A stretch of 64,000 nt of DNA, from the IMG/VR virus record IMGVR_UViG_3300018878_000100. The stretch is one strand, 5' to 3'. Source of the stretch: a virus. The notes beneath the pieces were generated by a model. It did not search any database and was not told where the DNA came from. It was given only the letters and a program-made list of their open reading frames with translations. This document shows, piece by piece, positions 47,164 through 58,579 of the stretch. The number at the start of each line of letters is the position of its first letter. The stretch's first letter is position 1. The position numbers and the translations under genes are program-made.

Positions 47164-49416
47164 GTGGCACAATTAAGAGATTTAATTGTTAATGGGCCTT
47201 CTCGTTTTCTTGGAGTATCTACATATAATGAAGATGTACTTCTAAATAAAGGTGCAATTGCTTATGATGTTATTATACCAGGAGAAACCTTAACCTATAA
47301 TTTAGGTACAGCAGATAACGCTTGGTTAAATATATATGGTGCAAACCTAAGAGCATCAACAGCAGTTATTGTTACTGGCAGTGCAGAAGCGACAGCCGCA
47401 AGTTCTGGAGCAATTCAAGTAACTGGCGGTATTTATGTAGCTAAAAAATCTTTGTTTGGTAGTGATATTTATTTAGGCTCAACATCTTATTATTTAAATG
47501 GCACAACAAGTAAACTAAATGGCTTAACAACTGCCAGTACTATTACTTCTGGCGGTAATGTTGTTCCAAGTGAGACTAACAAAAAGAGCCTTGGTACTTC
47601 TAGTTTGCGTTGGGCTAACTTATATATTGTAAATGGTAACGCTTCTGGCTCACTATCTGTGTCTGGAACTGTAACTTCTACTGGCGGTTTTATTGGAAAT
47701 TTAACTGGCAATGTTGTTGGTAATGTAACTGGTGATGTTACAGGTAATCTAATTGGTGTTGCTGATAAAGCTAATCGTTTAACCAAATCAGGTGGTAGTA
47801 CTGATAGACCAGTTTATTTTACTACTGATGGAATTCCATAGCCTACTACTTATCGTATGGCTGGCACTAATGTAACAGCTACAACAGGAATTGCGATTGG
47901 CAGTGCCACTAATACTGGTATTTGGTATGTTAATGATACTTCTGGTATTCTTGGTATTAGTGATGGTGTAGCTATTGTAAATAAATATAACGACTCTTGG
48001 ATTACTCAAATTTATCAAGACTATCGCACTGGTCAACTTGCGGTTCGTGGTAAAAATAATGGTACTTGGCAAGATTGGAGAGTTATTCTTGATGAAGATA
48101 ATTTTACTAATTATCTTGATGGTCATTATAATGGTAAATATGTTTTAAAAACAGGCGATACCATGTCTGGCCCTCTAGTTATTCAAACCAGTGAAAATAA
48201 ATTAACAATGAATACTAGTGGAAGTATTACTACTGAAGTTACAAAAAGCGGTGGATGGGCACGATATATTGATTGGAAATAGAAAAATACATCTAGTGAT
48301 ACTGCAAGCGTAAAAGCAGAAATGGGTGCCTATGGCGCAGGAGGAACTTTAAATTATTGGTATGTTGGTACTGGTTGGGAAGAAGAAAATACTTGGTTAT
48401 AGGTTAATGCAACTGGCACCACTGTAAAAGGAATTCTAAATGCAAAAGGTCATGTTTATTTAACAGGCTCTCACGCTAGTTCTAGTACTGGTAATACAAC
48501 TCAATTAGTGTTTGGTACACCAAGTGAAAATCATGTCGTATTATCTTCTAATGATAATGCATTAGTTATTAATCCAACTACTTCTTCCACCACAAATTAG
48601 ATTGTTTTATATTTAAATAGTAAATCTAAATTCCCTAGTGGCTTAGACGTAGGCACAGCTTCTTCTTTTGCTTCTGATGTGAATATCGGTGGTAATTTAC
48701 AAGTTACTGGCTCTATTAAAGGATTAAGTACTTTAGCCATTACTGGCGCCACAACTTTAAGTAATACTTTATCTGTAACTGGAGCTGCTTCATTATCAAA
48801 TACTTTAACTGTATCAAAAGTTACTACCCTAAACGGAGGTCTTATCGTTAGTGGTAGACCTTATGGCTCTGGTGATGATGAAGGTATTGTTGTTGCACCT
48901 GCAGCTAACGGATATGCAGGTATTACTTTAGGTAGTGCTTCTGGTATTAGAAGTACTCTATATTTAACACCAGCTGATAGAACACATAGAGCAGTTTGGC
49001 GTTACTATAATGGTACAACCAATTATGATGTTACGCATCCTGAAACTAGTGGTGAATTGGTGGTACATACCGCTGATACAGCCGCAGGTAATGCTAGTGT
49101 TCCCGTTTATATTGCTGCTTCTGGTGTCGCGACCGCAATTACCTGTCTTGAACCTTCAAAAGGTGGTACTGGTAATACCAACTTAGTGAGTGGACGTTTG
49201 GTTTATACTGAGGCTTACAACGGTTCAGTCAGAATGACTTCTGGCGGCAATCATTATGCAAATGCTACTAAGGTTGCTATTAATTCAACTGCTGCCCCCA
49301 CAGGAGCTTTCCATGTGCAAGGTGATACATCTATCAACGGAGCGATTACAGTTGACTCTAAGGTAAAATTTGTGTATAATAGTACCGATGAAAGTTTAGA
49401 TTTTATATTTATTTAA
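47164..49416 (+). CDS. Tail fibre protein, copy 2, about 750 aa, read through 4 TAG codons
   Basis: An AAAGGAG site precedes GTG 47164. Frame 1 runs through track ORFs 47164.., 47857.. and 48679.. to TAA 49414-49416, with TAG at 47839, 48283, 48400 and 48598. A fibre motif is present (…PSKGGTGNTNLVSGRLVYT…). It is paralogous to the 43459 gene. Confidence 0.6.
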
Positions 49417-49431
49417 GGAGGAGATTAATAT

Positions 49432-51858
49432 ATGAGTTTATTAATATGGTTACCATTACATGGTAATTTAGAAAACTATGGTTCTTCTCCAATAAAATTT
49501 AGTTTAAATACTACTGGTGGCGGTGTTGCAGCTGCCACCAGTGGTGGAAAAACAGATATGCGCTGTTATCAACGAACAGCTATTAATACAGTTTCTCATA
49601 TTACTAGTGATTCCACAATTGATTTAAATAAAGATTTTACTATGGCATGTTGGTGTTATCCAACCACTCCTGGTAATGCTACTTCTGCAAATGGAATTCT
49701 AACGAATCATAATCATTCTCATAATAGTGATAAAGGTAGTGGTTCAGGAATTACTTTAAAATATAGTGGTAATACAACTTGTTATATGAGTTGTAATACT
49801 TCTTCTTCTACTGGAAGAACATATTATTCATATTATGGAACTACAAACATCTATGGAGCTTGGCATCACTTATGTTTAACCTATAAGAAATCTACTAAAA
49901 CTTATCGTTTATTTGTAGATGGTATTTGCGAAAAGGAATTTACTTGCGAGAATGTATCTGCTGCAAATAAATTTAATATATTTGATTGGTCTGTCGGGCA
50001 TTCAAATAATGGGTCATATAGACCCGCCTGTAAAATTAATGATGTGCGAGTATATGATGAATGTTTATCCAAAAGAGAAGTGAAATTATTAAGTCAAGGT
50101 TTAGTTTTACATTATAAATTAGATGGCGGAAATGCGAATAATTTATTAACTAATTCTTATACGATTGGAAATAGACAAACCTCTTTTGATAAGGTCTATG
50201 GATTTCCTGTCTGTAGTGCAGATAATAGTGCAGGCACTGGATATAAAGATTTTGCTTCTTGGGGAGGACACTCTGTTTCTATAAATGAAGTATATACAGC
50301 AAGTTTCTTTGCTAAATCATCTACTTCAAGTACTTTAACTATGTACTTTTATAATAATACATCTGGCGTGGTTCAAGTTTCTAATATTAAATCATCTGAA
50401 GGACATAATAAAAGCGGCAGTGATGGCAATTGTCCTCTATCATTAACTCCTCAATGGAAAAAATATACAGTAACTTGGACTTTTGCAGCAAGCGGAACAA
50501 CTACAAATAAAACCTTGCTATTTAGACTTGCGGCAGGTGGTAAATGTGATATAGCTTTACCAAAATTAGAAAAAGGTTCGATTGCTACCCCTTATTGCCC
50601 AGCATTAAGTGAAACATTTTTTAATGCTGCTGATGATTGTAGTGGATATGGTCGTAATGGCACAACAGTTGGTAATATTACTTTTAGCTCTGATACTCCA
50701 CGCTATGCGGCAAGCTCTGTGTTTGATGGTTCAACCACAGGCATTAATTTACCAATTAAAGATTTAATGAAAGCAGTATTGAGTGATAAGTGTACTATTA
50801 ATTTTTGGGTAAAAGAATCAAATACATCAAGTAGAAGTATTTACTTTGGCGGTTATAGTGGTAGTAATTTTAATATTGAACAAAATGTAACATCTTTCCG
50901 AGTATATTGGAATGGTAGTCCAGATTTATCAGTAGGTACAATTACTAATAACGAATGGGCTATGTGGACTGTTACAACAGATATTGCTACTGGTATTAAA
51001 ATATATAAAAATGCAACTTTAGTAAAAACTCATACGGGTGCTCTTACTAATATTGCTTCAAGTTTTACAAGAGATTTTAATATTGGTAAAGATAGTAGAA
51101 CTGATGATACAATGATGGAAGGTAAAATGTCAGATTTTAGAATTTATGCTTCTGTATTGTCTGCTACTGATATTAAAGACTTATATCAAACTGCAGCGTC
51201 AATAACTAAAGAGGGTTCTGTATAGGCTTATGAATTTATTGAAGAGCCTGATAGTTTTGATATTAAAATGACTAAATAGGGTATGTTAAAAGCTGCTGAC
51301 ATTTCTGAAATTGGATATATTGGCGGTATGAAAGTTAAAGTGCTATCCGACAATAGTGCTTGGGCACGTATTCATTGGCTTGACGTGACTACGGATAAAA
51401 CTTGGTTTACTGCTAGCGAAGTTGCCTTTTGCAATTAGGCTAATCGTTTTAGTCGAATGGGTTTAGTAGACCATTTTAAAGTAGATGGTAAATATGAGTT
51501 TATGTTAACTTATCCGTCTTTGTCAAATTCTTTATATAATAGATGGACACAAACAAGCTCTCCAAATGCAAGTACTGTAACTGGTTTTACTGCTATTACA
51601 ACAGCATGGAATAATCATAATGCAGGCATTCGTAAACATGGTTCAGCTTGCGTCTATAACTGTGACACTGGCTCAACTTGGTTTGCTCCTATTGGACAGA
51701 AATCTGCTTGGGATAGTACTAAATTTATTCCTGCCGCAGATGGCACTTCACAAACTGAAACAGAATTGTGGGTAAGAATTGATACATTACCCAACTTAAC
51801 AAAAACTAGTATGCTTGATAAAGAATATTTACAAGCATTTAAGATATATGAAATTTAA
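49432..51858 (+). CDS. Receptor-binding-like protein, copy 2, about 808 aa with LamG-like domains, read through 3 TAG codons
   Basis: A GGAGG site precedes the ATG. Frame 1 runs through track ORFs 49432.. and 51457.. to TAA. The N-terminus (MSLLIWLPLHGNLENYG against MSLQVWLPLNNHINNQG) and the C-terminal domain are paralogous to the 44356 gene. A LamG motif is present (…MSDFRIYASVLSATDIKDLY). Confidence 0.6.
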
Positions 51859-51877
51859 GAGAGAAAGGAGTATTTAA

Positions 51878-54800
51878 ATGGCACAAGTAAATGATTTACT
51901 CGTCCTTGGAAAAGCTAATTTTTTAAATGAGATAACTTCTTCTCAATTATTAAGAGCCTTTGGCGGTATTGCAGTAGATAGTTCAACTGAAGAATCTACA
52001 TCTTTACCTTATTTTTTAGGTATTAAAGCTTTTGCTGATGGTGGCAATGTTGTTTGGTCTAGTCCCACGAATACAGCTAATGTAATTAGACTTAATGCTT
52101 CTGGAACTTGGCCTATTAGTATTAGTGGTCTTGCCGCAAAAGCAACCGCTGATGCAAATGGAAGTACTATCACTTCTACTTATGCGAAGTTAAAATCTTA
52201 TAATGATATGATTCATTCTACAAATGAATATACATTTGCATCTCCGGCTTATTCTGGAGCCATTTGGATTAACTATCGAACTGCAAGTGGAGCAACTGAT
52301 GGTAATATTACTACTTATAATTTTGGTAATGGTAAAGGCGGAACTGCAGGAGTTACTCTTGTGGCAACAACTTTTAATGGCAATGCTACCAGCGCTAATT
52401 ATGCAACTTCTGCTGGTAATGCAAACACTTTAGATAATATTGATTCTACTGGATTCTTAAGATATTACAATAGTAATACTGCAATATCATCTACTGAAGT
52501 TGTTAATACTCCATCTTATGTACATACGGTTAGTACAACAGGTGGAAATATTACAACATCTGTGAAACCCTCTGGCATGAACAATGCATGGGGACTTATT
52601 CACTTACATACTCATACTGGTAATTACGCTACCTAGTTAGGTTTCGGTGGCACAACTGGAAATTTATATATGCGCAATGCTTATAATTCTGCAACTTTTG
52701 GTAGTTGGAAAACTATTCTTGATTCTGGAAACTGGACAAGCATTGTCGATGGAAGATATTTAAAATTATCAGGCGGAACAATGACTGGCTTAGTGTCATA
52801 TAAAACCACAAATTATACTTCTACTCCAATGGCAATATATGATGACGGAACAAATTATGGACATAGCTTAGTTATTGGTGCTGGCGGCACTACTTATATT
52901 GGAGCTGGTGAGGCTGCTAGTACTTTATATTCAACAAAACTAAAAGTTACTTCTACTGAGGATTTAATTCTCGGTGCAGACAGTAATATTAGATTTCATA
53001 CGAATGCAGATAATGCAACCACCACGAATGGAGTAACTCTTAATACCTCCAATTATTTTTATCCATAGACAACTAACACTGGTAGTGTTGGTACTTCTGG
53101 TAATAAATGGGGTTCCATGTATGCCACAACCTTTTATGGAGCTTTAAGTGGTAATGCTACAACAGCTAGTGCTTTAACTCCGATTACTACAAATGATTTA
53201 GCTTCTAGTAGTACGACTAAAAGACGCATTTGGTTTTGTTATGATAATAATACAACAGGTCGACCTGCTTATGATGATAGATTTACAATTCAAACTTCTA
53301 CTGGAACATTATTTGCTCCAATTTTTAGTGGTAATTTAAGTGGTAATGCAACAACAGCAACTACTGCCAATGCCTTAGCAAGTACTGGTTATGGTAATGG
53401 TAATTTTACTTGGTTTCAAACTTCTGGAGAGTTCGCTGGCAATAGCGGATGGGCATCTTATTTAGTTTCTAATCATGGAGATGGCTCTAGTTATTATCAT
53501 TAGATTATTGCTATACCATTTTGGGATCCTCCAAAATATCGCCGCATGGAGGGTAATACTAGTACCGTTAAAGGCTGGTATGATTTTATTACTGATGAAA
53601 ATTATACTACCAAGTTAGATGCTCGATATTACACCGAAGCAGAAGCCGATAGCCGTTTTGTAAATGTAACTGGCGATTCCATGAGTGGAACGTTAAGTTG
53701 GAGCGGAAATATTTCAAGTTTAAATTTCCGCACTGGACATAGTGATTATGATGGTGTAATTAGTTATCAAACAAGTGGTAATGAAGCTATGTTATTTACT
53801 ACTAAAAACGTAGTTACGAGTTTTATGTTTGTTAATGGTGAAGACACTATTACTAATATGGCTGCTGATAGATGGACTAAAATAACTCCCGGTTTACAAA
53901 TTAAAAATAATTGTGTTGCGATTGGTAAATTAATTGCTAATGGTAGTACTCCCAGTTATAAACTAGAAGTAGCTGGAATGACATATTCTTCAGGTCGTTA
54001 CTTATCTGAAACAGTACCTTCTTCTTGGATTGATGGTTAGCGTTATAATAACGGTGCTTATAATGTAAATACTTATTCTAATGATGGCAGCTATAATCCT
54101 TGGATACGTGCAACTAATAGTCATGCTAATGTTGCTAAGTGGTTTAGTTTTGGTACATTAGGCAAACAATTTTATTGGATTGGTTCTACTACGAGTCGTA
54201 CTGAAAATAGTTATGATAAAGGTATGTCATTTAATGTTGAATCTGGTTTATTATATGCTCCAATTGTTGGTGGCGATAGAATTTATACTGGCTATGATGC
54301 TGGAGTAACTGGCTCTGTATCTTGTTCTAATTGGTTCCGTTCAAGTGGCGCAACAGGTTGGTATAATGCTTCTTATGGTAATCATTTATACCCAAATACT
54401 GTAACAGGTTATGGCGGTTTTATGATGTATGGTAATGTTAGAGGTGGATATGAAGGCATTATTCTTGGTAATAGTACTAGTTATATGACATTGATGTCAA
54501 GTGACCCTCATCAAGGATTGTATAATGAAGCAAAAGGACGTTGGATTATTTATTATAATAAAACTAATAATCAAACTTCTGTAAATGGCGCTTAGACTTC
54601 AGCAACAGCTTTTCCATTTACTATTTTTGGTGCAACTTATATTGATGGTCGTTTGGTTGTAAAAGGCAATGGTTCTTCTTATAATGAAGGTATTCGTGTT
54701 TTACCTGCATCAAATGGATGGTCTAACTTATTCTTCTCTGGAACGAATACTGTAGAAGGCACTCATGATGGCGGTTGGTTAATCGGTCGTAGGGGAACAG

Positions 54801-55405
54801 CTGGAAGTACTTATGGTGCAGTTGGAGATTTCTGTATTGAAAATAATAATAGTGTTGGAAGTAATTTAACGTTAACTAAAGCTGGTATTTTAGTTAATAT
54901 TGGACCAATCTTTGGCTATAGATATAAACAAACTAGTAATGGCGCTGCTTTTATGTGGGATAAACCTGGTAGTAATTACACTGGTATGGGCGCTAATGAT
55001 TCTAGTGACACTATTCAATTTAGAGCTTGCGATATCGCTGGTAATTGGGTAGATTATAAACAACATTGGAATTTCTATGGTGATTTATTTGCTTATGGCG
55101 CAAGATTTGCAAATAGAGGTACTTCAACATCTACTTCTGCTTATAGTGATTCAGCAGTTGAAATTCGTGAATACGGTTTTGGCGGCGCTCAATCTGATAC
55201 TTGGGGAGTTGCTCCTCGTTTAAGTTTCCATTGGAGTGGACGTGTTGCAGCGCAAATAGGTCTTGCTTCTAACGGTAAATTATATATCAATAATAATACT
55301 CAAGGAAGTACTACATTCTTACAAATTGTCGGTATGACTGGCTATGGTACTGCAGCCCCATCTGGTGCAGCTCCTGCTGGTTCAGTTTATTTTAAATATA
55401 GTTAA
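51878..55405 (+). CDS. Large tail fibre or tail spike protein of about 1175 aa, read through 6 TAG codons
   Basis: An AGAAAGGAG site precedes the ATG. Frame 2 is continuous through track ORFs 51878.., 52670.., 53117.., 53546.., 54224.. and 54653.. to TAA 55403-55405. Fibre hallmarks are present (YLKLSGGTMTGLVS; VTGDSMSGTLSWSG). The product is Gly, Asn and Thr rich. Confidence 0.65.
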
Positions 55406-55416
55406 CTAATTAATTG

Positions 55417-55463
55417 TATACCTGAAAGATGCTTAAAAAAGTATCTTTCAGGTATTTTTTTTT
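55417..55463 (+). terminator. Rho-independent terminator
   Basis: ATACCTGAAAGAT pairs with ATCTTTCAGGTAT around a large loop. A T9 run follows. Confidence 0.6.
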
Positions 55464-55686
55464 GACTTTTTTCTTCCTATTTCCCGCCAATAGAGGTCCT
55501 CAAAAAGAATTGTCCCAACACAAAAATAATCTTTATTCCCTCCTAAAATGGCATTCTCGAGGTCCTAGTGGGAACTCGTCTCGGTCCCCGGTTGGTCAAT
55601 TTAGATTAATTTTTCGGTCCTAATTTTCACTATACTATGAGGGGATGGATAATGAAAATTTTTTGTATGGAAAGGAGACCTTACAT
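55464..55686 (+). promoter_or_regulatory. Non-coding region at a module boundary carrying repeated GGTCC(T/C) motifs; a putative regulatory region
   Basis: GGTCCT/GGTCCC occurs at about 55494, 55561, 55584 and 55616. TCTCG(A)GGTCC half-sites recur at 55556 and 55578. The track ORF 55429..55623 is low-complexity and probably spurious. Confidence 0.3.
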
Positions 55687-56127
55687 ATGTATTCCAACTA
55701 TAATTATTATCCACAGCAACCTACACAGACTCCACAAGTCACCCAATAGCAATCAATGTACTAGATGCCCTATTTACGACAGGCGCCGCCGCAAACAGGA
55801 CTGAAAGGCCGTTTGGTTAGTTCATTGGAAGAGGCCCGTGCAACCTCTATTGACTTCGATGGTTCTGTATTCTATTTTCCAGATTTGGCGAACAAACGAA
55901 TCTACACAAAACAAATAAATATGGATGGTACCGCTACATTATGTATGTATGAATTAAGGGAATTACCCATTGAAAAAGAAGAGAGCGCTGTATTGCCATC
56001 CGTTGAGAAATTTGTAACGAGAGAAGAGTTTGAGCGGGTCTTGGAGTATATTAAATCACTTCAAAAGCCAACCGAGCCGGCCGCACCCGCCCCGCAGAAA
56101 CAGAAAGTAGAAATTTTATCATTCTAA
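55687..56127 (+). CDS. Hypothetical 146-aa protein with a Q/P/Y-rich N-terminus, read through 2 TAG codons
   Basis: An AAAGGAGA site precedes ATG 55687. Frame 1 runs through track ORF 55765.. to TAA 56125-56127. TAG lies at about 55747 and 55762. Confidence 0.5.
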
Positions 56128-56137
56128 GGAGGTATGA

Positions 56138-56392
56138 ATGATGTATCCAGTAGACCCAAATGTTTTAATTCAAATGATTAAATCCGGGCGGAATCCTCAA
56201 CAGTTGATGTTATCAATTTTACAAGGACAAGCCTATAACAATCCCCTCGGAAAAAATCTCCTAAATTTAGCTCAACAAGGTCGAACCGACGAACTAGAGA
56301 AAGTAGTTCGTAATATTTACGCTCAATAGGGCGGTTCTAATTTCGACCAGGAGTTCGAAGCCTTTAAACGTGCATTAGGCTATCAAAATTAA
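56138..56392 (+). CDS. Hypothetical 84-aa protein, read through 1 TAG
   Basis: An AGGAGG site precedes the ATG. A TAG at 56327-56329 is followed in frame by TAA 56390-56392. Confidence 0.45.
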
Positions 56393-56412
56393 AATTTAAG
56401 GAGGACACAATT

Positions 56413-57135
56413 ATGTTTAATGGAAAAGGTTACAATTTATCTGATATCGCTGCTGTAACTGGTAATCGCAATGGCGATGGTATGTGGGGCGATAATGGCT
56501 GGTGGATTATCCTGTTATTCTTGTTCGCAGGATGGGGCCGCGGCGGATTTGGCGGCTTTGGTGGCGGCTATGAAGCACCTTGTGCTACCCAAGCTGATGT
56601 CCGTGCCGCAGTTGACCAGCAAACTTTAATTTCTAAATTAGACAACCAGACTTATGGTTTGGCAGATTCTACTTACGCATTAAATAACTCTATTATGAGT
56701 GGTTTCCATGGAGTAGATACTGCTGTTTGCACTCTTGGCTACAATATTCAGAGTGGCTTTAACACTTTAGGTCACCAGATTAGTGATTGTTGCTGCGAGA
56801 CTGGCCGTGCAATTGAGCGTGGCTTTGCAGAGACTAACTATAATATGGCAACTCAGGCTTGCGACACTCGTCGCGCAATCGCAGACAGCACCCGTGACAT
56901 TATTGATGCTAATAATGCTGGTGTTCGTTCTATCTTAGACTTCTTGACTAATGATAAGATTGCTACTTTGACTGCTGATAACCAATCTTTGAAGTTCCAG
57001 GCTTCCCAGGCCGCACAGAACGCTTACTTGGTAAATCAGTTACGTCCATGCCCAGTTCCCGCTTATACCGTTCCTAATCCCTACTGCTGCAATACCTACT
57101 TTGGTGGATGCGGCAATGGTTTCGGTACTTTCTAA
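56413..57135 (+). CDS. Hypothetical 240-aa protein with an N-terminal transmembrane segment and a Gly-rich region, Cys-rich, with no TAG
   Basis: An AAGGAGG site precedes the ATG. The segment WWIILLFLFAGWGRGGFGGFGGGY is hydrophobic and Gly-rich. The ORF ends in TAA. Confidence 0.55.
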   Translation: MFNGKGYNLSDIAAVTGNRNGDGMWGDNGWWIILLFLFAGWGRGGFGGFGGGYEAPCATQADVRAAVDQQTLISKLDNQTYGLADSTYALNNSIMSGFHGVDTAVCTLGYNIQSGFNTLGHQISDCCCETGRAIERGFAETNYNMATQACDTRRAIADSTRDIIDANNAGVRSILDFLTNDKIATLTADNQSLKFQASQAAQNAYLVNQLRPCPVPAYTVPNPYCCNTYFGGCGNGFGTF

Positions 57136-57154
57136 TCTAAAGGGGGTTTAATTT

Positions 57155-57574
57155 ATGGAAATTATTGCTAATGCTCTTCAGACAGTTCCAGCAAATCAAA
57201 ATGTTTATTTCACTGATACTGTGATTTGTGGTAATGCTACGATTGGTCATCGTGATGATAGTGGTTTAGTTACTCTAAGAGGTTTAACCGACCAATGCCG
57301 GGCTAGATTCCGTGTTTCTTTTGGAGCTAACATTGGACTACCAGCGGACGGAACAGTTGGCCCAATTTCTTTAGTTATTGCTATCAATGGTGAGCCTGTA
57401 CGTGCTACTACTATGACAGTAACCCCAGCGGCAGTTGAGCAATTTTTCAATGTATATGCTTCTTTATATGTCGATGTTCCTCGTGGATGCTGTGTAACTA
57501 TTAGTGTTCAGAATATTACAACTGATGATGTTGATGTTCAAAATGCTAATTTAATTGTTGACCGCACCGCTTGA
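57155..57574 (+). CDS. 139-aa protein resembling a C1q/TNF-like beta-sandwich domain (like the BclA C-terminal domain); the family assignment is low confidence. It has no TAG.
   Basis: An AAGGGGG site precedes the ATG and the ORF ends in TGA. The architecture …LVIAINGEPVRATTMTV…VTISVQNITT…NANLIVDRTA is reminiscent of the BclA CTD (…IQVNGVPV…ASIIIEKVA). Confidence 0.5.
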   Translation: MEIIANALQTVPANQNVYFTDTVICGNATIGHRDDSGLVTLRGLTDQCRARFRVSFGANIGLPADGTVGPISLVIAINGEPVRATTMTVTPAAVEQFFNVYASLYVDVPRGCCVTISVQNITTDDVDVQNANLIVDRTA

Positions 57575-57588
57575 AAGGAGGAATAAAT

Positions 57589-58224
57589 ATGCATGAAGAA
57601 AGATTAAAGCATATGAAAGAAACTCTAATGTGTGCTGTTGAAATGCAGCTATGTGATTTAGGTGAGGTAGATACCAAAGAGCTTGGAGAAGCTATTGATA
57701 TGATTAAAGATTTAGAGGAGGCAATCTACTATTGCACCGTCACTGAAGCTATGAAAGGCAATGGCTCAGAAATGGAGTTTGAAATGAAAAAAGGCGGCCA
57801 TCACCAAGAGGAAAATGGTGACAGCCGCATGTATTATAGTGGCTCTCGCTATCCAATGATGTACGCCGACGAGGGACGTCGTCGTAGAGCTGATGGAACC
57901 TTCTATAATGACCCAATGTATATGGACGGCGGGTCTGGAAATGGTACCAGTTATATGGATAACGGAACTAGTCATATGGACCGTGGAAACGGAACCATGT
58001 ATCGCGATGAGCGTGAGGGCCGCAGCTACAATAGCCGCAGAATGTATATGGAAGCCAAAGATATGAAGAGAGATAAAGCTACTCAACTTCGTGAGTTAGA
58101 GAAGTATATGCAAGAGCTATCTCAAGACATCACTGAAATGATTGCGGACGCATCTCCAGAGGAGAAAGCATATCTTGAAAAGAAGATTACCGCATTGGCT
58201 TCTAAAATCGGTCAAATGAAATGA
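57589..58224 (+). CDS. Hypothetical 211-aa protein with a central Y/M/G/R/D-rich low-complexity region and a coiled-coil C-terminus, with no TAG
   Basis: ATG 57589 follows an AAAGGAGG site; the track start at 57571 is a TTG inside the ribosome-binding site. The TGA at 58222-58224 overlaps the next ATG. Confidence 0.5.
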   Translation: MHEERLKHMKETLMCAVEMQLCDLGEVDTKELGEAIDMIKDLEEAIYYCTVTEAMKGNGSEMEFEMKKGGHHQEENGDSRMYYSGSRYPMMYADEGRRRRADGTFYNDPMYMDGGSGNGTSYMDNGTSHMDRGNGTMYRDEREGRSYNSRRMYMEAKDMKRDKATQLRELEKYMQELSQDITEMIADASPEEKAYLEKKITALASKIGQMK

Positions 58225-58532
58225 TTATCAATGGAGTGAGATGGCGAGTCCGAATGGTCTCGCCATCTCATCCAATGCTACTAACCCCTTGGATGACTCA
58301 TGCTCTTGGAGTTTGTGATAAAGTTACGCAAACTATTTACATAGACAAGACGCTCAAACCAGCTAAGGTTAAAGAAGTGCTATGCCACGAAATTGTTCAT
58401 GCTTGTATGTTTAGCTACGCAGTAGATTTATCATACGATGAAGAGGAAATGGTAGCAGAATTAATGTCTAAATATGGAGACGAGATAATCAAATGGTCGA
58501 ATAGAATTTATAATGGAATTAAAATGAAATAA
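58221..58532 (+). CDS. Small HExxH zinc-metallopeptidase-like protein of 103 aa (SprT-like or ImmA/IrrE-like)
   Basis: The motif …TIYIDKTLKPAKVKEVLCHEIVHACMF… is present. It overlaps the upstream stop in ATGA. A strong terminator follows. Confidence 0.55.
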   Translation: MIINGVRWRVRMVSPSHPMLLTPWMTHALGVCDKVTQTIYIDKTLKPAKVKEVLCHEIVHACMFSYAVDLSYDEEEMVAELMSKYGDEIIKWSNRIYNGIKMK

Positions 58533-58579
58533 AAAAAGGGTCGTATATGATTTATTCATATACGACCCTTTATTTTTTT
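58529..58579. terminator. Bidirectional rho-independent terminator between the convergent + and - modules
   Basis: An A7 run precedes GGGTCGTATATGA pairing with ATATACGACCC across a TTTATTC loop. The sequence TTTATTTTTTT follows. Confidence 0.7.

Noticed and set aside
43459-55405. Diversity-generating retroelement targeting the fibre or receptor-binding genes
   Set aside because: No reverse transcriptase (YxDD) ORF and no near-identical template/variable repeat pair were found. The paralogs are diverged at the protein level rather than adenine-specific.
55429-55623. Track ORF of 64 aa in the GGTCC-repeat region
   Set aside because: It has no ribosome-binding site. The product is low-complexity and the frame overlaps the upstream terminator T-run. 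It is more likely non-coding regulatory DNA.
56340-56365. GGAGTTCGAAGCC resembling a tRNA T-arm
   Set aside because: No acceptor-stem or D-arm complement is present. The sequence lies inside the coding frame of the 56138 gene.
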